Below the pieces are notes generated by a model that saw only the letters and a program-made list of their open reading frames with translations, was not told where the DNA came from and did not search any database. This document shows positions 1 to 8,036 of a DNA stretch of 27,726 nt, piece after piece. The position numbers were made by a program, and so were the translations under genes. The stretch's first letter is position 1. The number at the start of each line of letters is the position of its first letter. The DNA is from Bdellovibrionales bacterium (GTDB taxonomy: Bacteria > Bdellovibrionota > Bdellovibrionia > Bdellovibrionales > JAMPXM01): the NCBI GenBank assembly GCA_043739185.1, contig JAYUEN010000508.1:1-27726 (forward strand), read 5' to 3'.

Positions 1-238
1 TGATCTTTTTAAAGAAGATATATTCGATTTTAGTTGGTGAAATCATTTCAATAGTTCCATCAATTTTATCGAGCGAATGAAATCCACCAGAATTAAAAAC
101 GTCAGTTTTTGGAATGCCAAATATTTTAGTAATACTGTCGGAGTTACAACTGGCATCCCAGTACGTACCTTCAGAACTGAATGCAAGAGAGCAAAGGGAT
201 AATTGTAAAGTGAAAATCGAAAATGCAATGACCCTCAT
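1..238 (-). CDS. Secreted hypothetical protein, 5' part (runs off the window start)
   Basis: Not in the ORF track. ATG at 238 is preceded by AAGGAG and lies 2 nt after the XRE stop. The frame reads MRVIAFSIFTLQLSLCSLAFS-SEGTYWDASC...MISPTKIEYIFFKKI and is open to the window edge, with a signal-peptide-like N-terminus. Confidence 0.75.
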   Translation of the reverse strand, partial: MRVIAFSIFTLQLSLCSLAFSSEGTYWDASCNSDSITKIFGIPKTDVFNSGGFHSLDKIDGTIEMISPTKIEYIFFKKI

Positions 239-240
239 GG

Positions 241-564
241 CTACTCCTTCTTTTTCAAAACTGGCGACGTAATCGGCATCTCGATCGTCACCTTGCACCA
301 TCCACTGAATAATTGTGTTGTTAATAATTCATTCATGGTCGGAGCCTGTACCGAGGTTTCACCAAACACAAGATACTCAACAGAAACGTCTAAAGCTCGC
401 GCGACCTTCCGAGCGTGAGACAATGATTTGGGTTCAACACCAGCGCTCCATGTTTTGATGGTTGAAATTGGTACGCCAGAGACATGGCTCAATTTCTTGA
501 ACGTCATTTTCTTATTTTTCATAAGATGTTTTAGGACTGGACCTATTTTAACTTCATCACTCAT
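241..564 (-). CDS. XRE/Cro-CI family HTH transcriptional regulator
   Basis: LKHLMKNKKMTFKKLSHVSGVPISTIKTW...KVARALDVSVEYLVFG is a typical HTH_3 pattern. Confidence 0.88.
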   Translation of the reverse strand: MSDEVKIGPVLKHLMKNKKMTFKKLSHVSGVPISTIKTWSAGVEPKSLSHARKVARALDVSVEYLVFGETSVQAPTMNELLTTQLFSGWCKVTIEMPITSPVLKKKE

Positions 565-805
565 TACATATAATTATCGTCTATAAAAGCAGCTCTGATG
601 AGCTAAAGACGCCTACATGTACCGTGGTATGTGACGACGACCGATGGTCAATGGATGATTCGTGAGAGGGAAATTTAGATTCAAGATCAATGTCTAAGTA
701 TGGATAGCTGTACTAATTTGCCGATCTCAAGGCTTCTTTTCTAGCTCTGAAGCGACATCTATTAACCCTAATCCAAGTGCTCCGATACACTCGGGGGAAA
801 AGTAG

Positions 806-1486
806 GTGCCTATGCGTAGGAAAAGACGACGGATAAATACAATTAGTATTTTAATTTTTGCAGGTATAGTTGCAATAAATTCCACGTCATTTTTCAAAGT
901 GATTAAGTCTGTCAATCGATTTGCCTTGATTCTATTAAATGAGACAAATGGAAAACTTATTATTTCAGGCGCAGCAACAATCGTTTTATTTATTGGTCTT
1001 AAGAAAATATGGAATTTAATTTCTTGTGCTAGGCTGCACAACAAGCGACTAAAAGCGATTGCGACACTCACGCCGAGTACTGATCGAGATGACTATATTA
1101 TTGATCGAGATGATTATCGAAGAGGAAATCCTAAAGAAAGTTATTATAGAAAAACATTTTACCTTTATTTGTTGGAAGTCTTCGGTAACAGTTGCGCAAA
1201 ATGTGGAAGCAAAGAAAACGGCATGGACATCGACCATTTTATTTTCAGTAAAAATGAGGGTGGCTGTTTTATGATGAAGCATAGAGAGGGCCATCTTGTT
1301 AACAACGCAATTCCACTTTGTCAGACCTGCAACCGAAGCAAATCTGACGACGATTATAAATCCTTTTTTAGTGAATCGGAGTTGCTTGCGATTTTAGAGA
1401 GAAATGTTTTGATGACAAGGCGTCTAAATGCAAAGTCGATATTTGATGAGGGTGGTAGAATTATAAAACAAAAGAGGGCTGCGTAG
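806..1486 (+). CDS. HNH endonuclease with N-terminal hydrophobic (membrane) segments
   Basis: CAKC...DIDH...NAIPLCQTCNRSK gives a Zn-binding CxxC pair plus the HNH motif. A basic N-terminus is followed by two hydrophobic stretches (ISILIFAGIVAI; LIISGAATIVLFIGL). Confidence 0.8.
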   Translation: MPMRRKRRRINTISILIFAGIVAINSTSFFKVIKSVNRFALILLNETNGKLIISGAATIVLFIGLKKIWNLISCARLHNKRLKAIATLTPSTDRDDYIIDRDDYRRGNPKESYYRKTFYLYLLEVFGNSCAKCGSKENGMDIDHFIFSKNEGGCFMMKHREGHLVNNAIPLCQTCNRSKSDDDYKSFFSESELLAILERNVLMTRRLNAKSIFDEGGRIIKQKRAA

Positions 1487-1494
1487 CCCCCTTT
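1471..1494 (+). terminator. Probable intrinsic terminator overlapping the HNH stop
   Basis: aaagagggct-gcgt-agcccccttt stem-loop with one mismatch. Confidence 0.45.
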
Positions 1495-1631
1495 GAAACC
1501 CAATAATTTCTAAAAACATAGATTGATTAGTGCCAACAAGCATTTAGCTCCCATCAAATCTGGCAAATTTGGGCAATGACAAATCCATTTTATCACCGTG
1601 AAATGGGTATAAATCCACAGCAGACAAGCTT

Positions 1632-2045
1632 CTAGCGTGGGCAATGGGACGCGAATGTAAACCAAATTCCACGGAAATGTTCCAAAAATTGCTTTAACCC
1701 AGCCATACCTGAAGGTTTCCTGAAATAGAAGCTGGCACCGCGCTCATAGCAATCACAGATTTCACTTTCAAGATCGGCATTAGAGAAAATGCAGACTGGA
1801 ATCCTCCTCAACAATGGGTCTGCCTTCAATTCGCTAAGAACTTCCTGACCACTTTTCCCAGGCATCCGTAAATCTAAAAGGATCACCTTTGGTGATCTGC
1901 TGGACGGAACTCGCAAAGTCCTTAGTGCCGCATCACCGCTGTCTGCAGTAATAATCTGAAGAGTCGGGTCGATCATTCTCCAGACACTTTTCATCAATTG
2001 AAGTTGATCGTCGGCATCGTCAACAATCATAAGATCAGGTCTCAT
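1632..2045 (-). CDS. Single-domain response regulator, Rcp1-like receiver
   Basis: MIVDD, ILLDLRMP, LKADPLLRRIPV, GASFYFRKP; overlaps the kinase stop. Confidence 0.9.
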   Translation of the reverse strand: MRPDLMIVDDADDQLQLMKSVWRMIDPTLQIITADSGDAALRTLRVPSSRSPKVILLDLRMPGKSGQEVLSELKADPLLRRIPVCIFSNADLESEICDCYERGASFYFRKPSGMAGLKQFLEHFRGIWFTFASHCPR

Positions 2046-3153
2046 GCTTTATCCCCCCCCATACTTTAGGATAAGTAAACAGGAACGTGCTCCCTCGCCC
2101 TGGAAGCGAATCCACCCAAATTTTCCCGCCACTGAGTTCAACCACTTTTTTACAAAACGCCAAACCAATGCCTGTGCCAGGGTACTCTTTTTCACTATTC
2201 AATCTTTTAAACATTTCAAAAATCCGTCCTGTAAACTGTGGATCAATCCCTATTCCATTATCCTTCACGAAAAACTCATAGGTGTCTATATGTTCGGTAT
2301 ATCCAATCGAAATCTCAGGCGTTCGAGTCTTATCCCGATAAATGAGGGCGTTGCGAATCAGGTTACTAAAAATTGATGCCAGATAGGTCTGGTTCCCTTC
2401 AACCGCGGGTAGTGAGAAAATATCAATTTTCGCCTGAGCTTCTTTGATCTCCTGCTGGAGAGTCACTAGGATTTCGCTCAAAGTTTGATTTAGATCGACC
2501 TGACCAATATGTGAAACTGAAACATTCACGCGAGCGATTTCCAAGACATCATCGACGAGATCTCCAGCCTTTTTTGCATTATTTCTGATGATGGTGAGGG
2601 CCTGATCTAGTTCAGCTGTTCTCGGAGGCGGAATTAAGTGATTTAGCATGTCTGCCCAAGAGAATATCGTCGCAATCGGTGATCGTAAGTCGTGTGCGGC
2701 GACTCCTGCGAACTGTTCAAGTTCTCGGTTTGATCGTTCAAGCTTCAGCCGCTCTTTCGCGAGATCAGAGGCCGTTTTTTCCAGTGCCAACTTAGTTTTC
2801 TGTTCAATCAAATTTATCAAGATTGCATATCGCGTGATAAAACCAACGATAAAAAAAGTAAGTGTGCCGATCATTCGTCGAATCAAAGCCTCCGAAGAGG
2901 TCGGTCCGACCTCTATTAAGTAATAGTCTAAAAATATCCATATTGCGCAAAATGTCGCCAAAATAATGGGTAACTTTGGGCGTTGGGTAAATAGAGCAAG
3001 AGTTATGACGGGAATATTTAATACCCAAATAGCGGGCCCAGTAGGAGTCATTGCTTCGGCCACGTTAATTAATATCAGAGCAAAAGCGATAATAATCGAA
3101 GTATTTCTCAAATGTGAATTGTGAGCAAAATCCGCCATTGTTAGAGTCTTCAT
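2035..3153 (-). CDS. Membrane sensor histidine kinase (HisKA + HATPase_c)
   Basis: About 4 TM helices; SNRELEQFAGVAAHDLRSP H-box, NLIRNA, DNGIGI, FEMFKRL, GTGIGLA. Confidence 0.93.
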   Translation of the reverse strand: MKTLTMADFAHNSHLRNTSIIIAFALILINVAEAMTPTGPAIWVLNIPVITLALFTQRPKLPIILATFCAIWIFLDYYLIEVGPTSSEALIRRMIGTLTFFIVGFITRYAILINLIEQKTKLALEKTASDLAKERLKLERSNRELEQFAGVAAHDLRSPIATIFSWADMLNHLIPPPRTAELDQALTIIRNNAKKAGDLVDDVLEIARVNVSVSHIGQVDLNQTLSEILVTLQQEIKEAQAKIDIFSLPAVEGNQTYLASIFSNLIRNALIYRDKTRTPEISIGYTEHIDTYEFFVKDNGIGIDPQFTGRIFEMFKRLNSEKEYPGTGIGLAFCKKVVELSGGKIWVDSLPGRGSTFLFTYPKVWGGIKHET

Positions 3154-3154
3154 A

Positions 3155-3349
3155 TCAGATATTTGCTTCTCCTCTATTCCTAGCAGGTTTTTTCTTGATT
3201 GGAGTAATCGTTAGACGAGGATTTTCCACAAATGCGCGGATGGCAGTTCTCGCCAATGAGCTAAAATCAAAAAAAGTATTCTTCTTCAGAAATTCTTCGA
3301 TTAAGCGATCTTCTTGGTCTGATATCCTGATGGCTCTTGTCTTTGTCAA
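3155..3349 (-). CDS. Ribbon-helix-helix (CopG/Arc-like) DNA-binding protein
   Basis: TKTRAIRIS beta-strand, DQEDRLIEEFL helix, FSSLARTAIRAFV helix. TTG start with GAGGG upstream; stop lies 1 nt before the kinase ATG. Confidence 0.65.
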   Translation of the reverse strand: MTKTRAIRISDQEDRLIEEFLKKNTFFDFSSLARTAIRAFVENPRLTITPIKKKPARNRGEANI

Positions 3350-3544
3350 TTGATATTGCCCTCATCCTGGAAACTTGATGATTAATTACTGGGTTGTTGG
3401 ATCAGTCAAGTGTTATACAAAGTTATACTACGTAATTAACAACTCGATGTCCCAGTTAGCCCATCAAGAATCAATTTTTTGTGATCTGACCCTCACCGCT
3501 AAATTCTTGGTTTTGTAAGATCAGGCCAAGGTTATTACAGATAA

Positions 3545-3709
3545 TTATTGAACTCCCATCACCTTTAGCCACTCTTTATGCTTCACATATTGGCTAAACA
3601 CAGCCTTGTACTGTTCCAAGAGCTGATCTCGTTCCTTTTGGCTTTTGCAACTGACCTGCTTTTGCCACAATTCAACGGCTTGTTTATTTAATCTGCTTAG
3701 TAAATCCAT
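3545..3709 (-). CDS. Small helical hypothetical protein (54 aa)
   Basis: Not in the ORF track: MDLLSRLNKQAVELWQKQVSCKSQKERDQLLEQYKAVFSQYVKHKEWLKVMGVQ, with GGAGGG 7 nt upstream of the ATG. Confidence 0.6.
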   Translation of the reverse strand: MDLLSRLNKQAVELWQKQVSCKSQKERDQLLEQYKAVFSQYVKHKEWLKVMGVQ

Positions 3710-3891
3710 ATTTTCACCCTCCGGTTGCCACCAACGCTATTGGACGGCTTAGAGGGCATCAATAAGGCGGACCTTAGTCCCACCCTGGAACGAAATTCTC
3801 GAATTTTTTTGTATAATACTAATAACGCAACATCCCACCTCAATACGTTGTCACGTCATCTCAAACACTATAAAAAATCAGAATTACTAAC

Positions 3892-3952
3892 TTGGTAGAG
3901 CGCCACCCTTACAAGGTGAATGTCGCAGGTTCGACCCCTGTACCCCCTACCA
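3892..3952 (+). pseudogene. 5'-truncated tRNA-Val(TAC) fragment, probable attR of an upstream integrated element
   Basis: ttggtagagc (D-loop/D-stem 3' side), ccacc-cTTACaa-ggtg (anticodon TAC 3910-3912), gcagg-ttcgacc-cctgt (T arm), accccct-a-CCA. The expected 5' acceptor strand (agggggt at 3877) and D-stem strand (gctc) are absent; the sequence there is atcagaattacta. Confidence 0.88.
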
Positions 3953-3998
3953 ATTTTTTCATTTCTGGATTTTTTTAGTTTGACGATTTTTGATACTG

Positions 3999-4125
3999 CG
4001 AACACCGCGGCTGTCGCCGCATCACTGCGTCTCACTGTCATGCCTTCGGCATTGTCGTGAGACTTCGTTCTACGCCTCACACTAAAACCTGCCTTTGGGC
4101 AGCTTTTAGCGCGCTACGTAGTTCG
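3999..4125. other. tRNA-linked structured element (three hairpins closed by cgaac/gttcg)
   Basis: gcggc-tgtc-gccgc (4007-4020); gtctcac..atgcc-ttc-ggcat..gtgagac (4029-4063); ctaaaa..ctgcc-tttg-ggcag..ttttag (4082-4109); outer cgaac 3999-4003 with gttcg 4121-4125. Confidence 0.6.
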
Positions 4126-4148
4126 ACCCCTGTACCCCCTACCAATTT
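4121..4148 (+). repeat. 28-bp exact direct repeat of the tRNA-Val 3' end (copy of 3929-3956)
   Basis: gttcgacccctgtaccccctaccaattt occurs at both 3929 and 4121 (192-bp period). Confidence 0.95.
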
Positions 4149-4191
4149 GGCAAGCTGTTCGATCCATCAGACCATAAGTTATTTTAATTTT

Positions 4192-6570
4192 CTAAAATTC
4201 AAAGGTATAGGCTCGCCAATTGCCACCAGTATTTACAATGCCGTATTTTAAAAATTTATTGTTTAAAATTGAATAGACTGCAGGCAGCGTAACTCCTGCA
4301 TCCATTGACGAGCAGGCCTGGGCCCTCATGCTTTTAATCTGCCAAGAGTCATCGCTAACATTATACCTGAGGGCGTTCGTCGAAGTCTGAATAGAATTCG
4401 ATTCCATTTTAGAAAAACCATCAACAATATACATTGCGCCATCTTTAAAAACTGCCGAGGATTGAAACAGCCCCAGAGAACCCGATGCTGCTATTGTTCG
4501 CCAAGTTTTTGTATTGGGATTAAATGCTGCTCCCTGATCTATACAGCTATTGTTTTGGCCGGCGACATTGCAATTCGACGAACTAGTTAAGCCTCCCCAA
4601 ATAAGCATTTCCGTACCTGTCCATACCGAAGCATGAAAGGCGCGTGGAGAAATCGACGCTGGAGTATTGAAAAGCTCCCAGGTATCGGTAACAGGATCGT
4701 AAAGCCCTCCATCGTTATAAAAGAGAGCATAAGGAAAGTAGGATACGCCACTTGAATCGCGAAGATTATCGTGTCCTCCCCAAATCAATAATTTTTGGCC
4801 AGTCCAATGGGAAGAAAAATCATTTCTCATTGAATTGGGAGCTCCAGTTGTCGATATTTTTTTCCATTGATTGCTGCTCAAATCAAAACTCCAGCCCGGC
4901 GATACAGACGACAGACTATAGGGGCTGTTACCACCCCAAAGAAGAATTCTACTATCCGCCTTAACTAAGTTGAAACTCGTTAGTGAACCGCGTAAGTCAC
5001 CGGTCACGGTGGTCCACGAGTTTGCATTTTTGTCGTAAATAGCGGCGCCAAGGGAAGAAGAAATATAAGGAGATGGTCCGTTACCCACGACAAAAAATTT
5101 GCCTGAAGCTATGGAGACAATTTTAGGATAAAATAAATTAGCTGGAGGAGTGGCCGCATCTCTCCATGTATTATTACTAACATTATATAGCATGGCCTTA
5201 TTGACTGCATCCGGATCTTGATATCCTAAGAAGAGCATATCCACACCATCAAAGGCAGAACCAGGACTATTCAAATTGCTTTTGACTTGAAATTGACCGC
5301 AAAAATCTATGACTTCAAAGCTCTTGGTAATGATGTTCGAAATATTGCCGGCAAAATCTGTAGCTCTTATTTTAATATTGTGAACGCCAACGCCAAAATC
5401 ACTAATTGAAATTGGCGAAACACAAGCACTCCAGTTCGCAGAATCAAATTGACATTCAAGCCTGGAAACTCCAGATCCTGTTCCCGAAGCTGAACCTGCA
5501 TCGGTCGCACTAAAGGCCAAAGGCGCAGCTGAATTGATCGCAGCGGTACTAATACTTGGTGGTGGATCTATTGGGGCCACTAATACCGGAGAAATTGTAT
5601 CCACACTCCAAGCAACCAGATTTTGACCATGAATACCATTCGTACCCAAGGCATCAATCGAAAGCGAATGAGGGCCGTCTACAAGTCCTGTCGCGAGAAA
5701 AGTACCGCTACAAGAGACCGGGTTCGTGTTGTCTAATTTACAAAAAGTTGATGCGACCGGGCTACCTGAAATGCTGAAGTTTATGGTTTGAGAAGCGCTG
5801 TTTACCCAGGCATGAGGAGGATTAGTAATGGAAATCACTGGTGCTTGCAAATTCACATTCCAATTTAAAGTTTTAGAACTCATATTTCCGGCTTTGTCAG
5901 TGGCTTTTAAGAGAAACTTGTGAGCACCGCCGGTCAGTCCCGATAGGGTTAAAGGACTTTGACATAAATTTTGACTGGTCCCATCTAAAATACACTCTAG
6001 TTTTCCCACTCCGGACAAAGTGTCGGTTATGTTAAAACTGATAGAGGTAGAGGCATTACTCGTCCCACCGTCTGGACTAGAGTTAACTGAAATAGACGGA
6101 GGGGTTAGGTCGACCACAAGATTTTCTGATTTTCTTGTCAGTTCAGTTTTATTTTTGTCTAAGACGATTACCTTAATTGAATGGCTACCCTCAACTAAAA
6201 CAACATTATAAGGGCTGGCACAATTCAATGGTTCTGCTTCATCGATTTGGCACTTCGTTGAAATCAATGCATTCGATTTATTATCTATCAAAAATTTAAC
6301 TGATATCGTATTGAGATTGGTTGGTGAAGCTGAACTCAAACTCAAGTCTAGATTTACCACTGGTATTGGGTTGGACACGCTCGCGGTGCTTTCTGAAGGC
6401 GGCATACTGCTGAAACTCACTTGAGAGCAGTTTTGAAAGCTGGCCATAAAGCCAATCGCAATCAACAAAACCAATAGCGAAACTTGATTTTTTCTTTTGT
6501 TGTTATTAAATTTCAATTTAAACAAAAAGCTCTTCCAATTTTGAGACGTAAATAACCTGATCACAGCCAT
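4192..6570 (-). CDS. Secreted/surface lipoprotein with 4 Ig-like repeats and a C-terminal Kelch beta-propeller
   Basis: Hydrophobic leader ending MASFQNC. Four CxxD...C repeats (CQIDEAEPLNCASP, CILDGTSQNLCQSP, CKLDNTNPVSCSG, CQFDSANWSACVSP), with ATDKAGN/ATDFAGN. Kelch blades WTGQKLLIWGG, WTGTEMLIWGG and YDPVTDTW. Confidence 0.85.
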   Translation of the reverse strand: MAVIRLFTSQNWKSFLFKLKFNNNKRKNQVSLLVLLIAIGFMASFQNCSQVSFSSMPPSESTASVSNPIPVVNLDLSLSSASPTNLNTISVKFLIDNKSNALISTKCQIDEAEPLNCASPYNVVLVEGSHSIKVIVLDKNKTELTRKSENLVVDLTPPSISVNSSPDGGTSNASTSISFNITDTLSGVGKLECILDGTSQNLCQSPLTLSGLTGGAHKFLLKATDKAGNMSSKTLNWNVNLQAPVISITNPPHAWVNSASQTINFSISGSPVASTFCKLDNTNPVSCSGTFLATGLVDGPHSLSIDALGTNGIHGQNLVAWSVDTISPVLVAPIDPPPSISTAAINSAAPLAFSATDAGSASGTGSGVSRLECQFDSANWSACVSPISISDFGVGVHNIKIRATDFAGNISNIITKSFEVIDFCGQFQVKSNLNSPGSAFDGVDMLFLGYQDPDAVNKAMLYNVSNNTWRDAATPPANLFYPKIVSIASGKFFVVGNGPSPYISSSLGAAIYDKNANSWTTVTGDLRGSLTSFNLVKADSRILLWGGNSPYSLSSVSPGWSFDLSSNQWKKISTTGAPNSMRNDFSSHWTGQKLLIWGGHDNLRDSSGVSYFPYALFYNDGGLYDPVTDTWELFNTPASISPRAFHASVWTGTEMLIWGGLTSSSNCNVAGQNNSCIDQGAAFNPNTKTWRTIAASGSLGLFQSSAVFKDGAMYIVDGFSKMESNSIQTSTNALRYNVSDDSWQIKSMRAQACSSMDAGVTLPAVYSILNNKFLKYGIVNTGGNWRAYTFEF

Positions 6571-6626
6571 CTCCCGAACTCCATTTCGTCGTTATTATCT
6601 CGAACCTAGAGTCTAGATGGAGAGAC

Positions 6627-6643
6627 TGCAATTGCTCCGCCAA
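6627..6643 (-). promoter_or_regulatory. Sigma-54 (-24/-12) promoter for the Ig/Kelch gene
   Basis: Minus strand TTGGC-ggagcaa-TTGCA with canonical GG-N10-GC spacing, ~57 nt upstream of the ATG. Confidence 0.6.
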
Positions 6644-7113
6644 TTTCAACTCATTGAAATTTTATATGTGCTATTTGAATCTGAAATTGCGTCTTATTTT
6701 GATGCGATAAACGACTTTGACTGTAGAACTTCAAATTCTTGCTTAGTTGATTGACATAGCAATGGTTCCACTTTTTTCTCTGAATGAGATTTCAAAAATA
6801 TTTCGCTTCACCAAATAATTGGCCGAAAACTAAAAAGTAATCACCTATCAAAAGCTTTGAAAAGGCTTCATATTTATAGGGCTAACTTAAAAAAAAGACC
6901 AACAGATTGAAGGCAGTCCTATGGATCAGAAATTAGGCGTGAATATTCTACGAAAAGAGCTCCGTAGCGGAACTCAATGTGTACAATCGTATGCCCCATA
7001 GTAGAATGATTTTGAAATAATTGTTTCTATTATAGAATCAAAGACAGATTAACAAAAACGCAATTTGCAATAAAATCTTTAGATAAATACAAAAATCGTG
7101 TTAACACTGTGAA

Positions 7114-8014
7114 ATGAAAAATTACTTGATTTCATCTTTACTGGCGATTCTGAGCTGTATAAATCCTGCTTTTGCCTATAATCCTTGTGAGTTTAACACC
7201 GCAAATGACAAAGGTCTCAGAACTCTTATCGAATCGGTCAATGCTAGCAACGCTCAGCTTTTGATCTCGCAAAAAAATGCCAGTATGATTCAAACTCCGG
7301 TCAAAGGCGAGCCTGAGCATGTAGATGTTTTGAAATGGTGTCACTGCGTTTACGAAAGGAAGTTCAATGCCTTTGGGGCTGACTTCGCTGAAGTTATGAC
7401 CTCATTTAAACTAATGGCGAAATATAATGATTGGCTGAAAAAGCAAAGTCCCCAGAAAGTGGCTGAACATTACCTTGTCGTGCAAAGTTTTGAAGCGAAT
7501 TGTTACAATGAGGCTCAAACAAATCAAAAGCCCGAGAGAGTTTCTGGCGGGGATTTTTTACAACTCATGAACTCGCAATTTAATTCTCAAACAGGTCTTG
7601 GCAATATTGTTATGAATCTAAAATATGAGAAGCTCATTTCTCTTTTGGGGCCTCCTCGCAAAAGTAATAAAAATGCAGTTGGTGAAAATTTGTATTTTGG
7701 CCCTCTCGGGGGAGAGCTTTTGGTGGTCGTGATGCCTCCGGGGGCTTTAGGAGTTGTTAAAGCGATTCAAGTAAATGAATCCTTTAAGGGGGGCAACTGA
7801 AAATGCGATTAAAATTCGAGATTCTCAGTCTGTTGTTAAGGCAAAAATGGGAGCGATTAAAATCTTAGTAGATACACCCATCCAGTTTGTTTATGACAAT
7901 GGAATGTATTTTCAATTTAATAACAGCACCCCAAAAGAATTGACGACAATAGGAGTTACAGATCCAAATTCGACTGATTTTCAGACTTTGAGAAAAGCTA
8001 AAGCTACTCGTTAG
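7114..8014 (+). pseudogene. Secreted protein gene split by a +1 frameshift at a G6 run (7788-7793)
   Basis: Signal peptide ends NPAFA. Removing one G joins ...VNESFKG to ATENAIKIRDSQSVVKAKMG..., giving one ~299-aa protein with a repeated 'I.....V...LG' unit. Confidence 0.7.
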
Positions 8015-8036
8015 TGTTGATATTTTGTCTAGACAG

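Noticed and set aside
43..228. 61-aa ORF in the track
   Set aside because: Out-of-frame shadow of the better-supported gene starting at ATG 238, which has an RBS and a signal peptide.
3877..3952. Intact functional tRNA-Val
   Set aside because: The 5' acceptor strand and 5' D-stem strand cannot pair with their partners.
3868..4080. 70-aa minus-strand ORF
   Set aside because: Antisense translation of the tRNA fragment and the structured element.
3929..4148. CRISPR array from the 28-bp repeats
   Set aside because: Only two copies, a 164-bp spacer, a tRNA-derived repeat and no cas genes.
6098..6112. ggaggggttaggtcg as the missing tRNA 5' half (split tRNA)
   Set aside because: Imperfect short match lying within the Ig/Kelch coding sequence; most likely chance.
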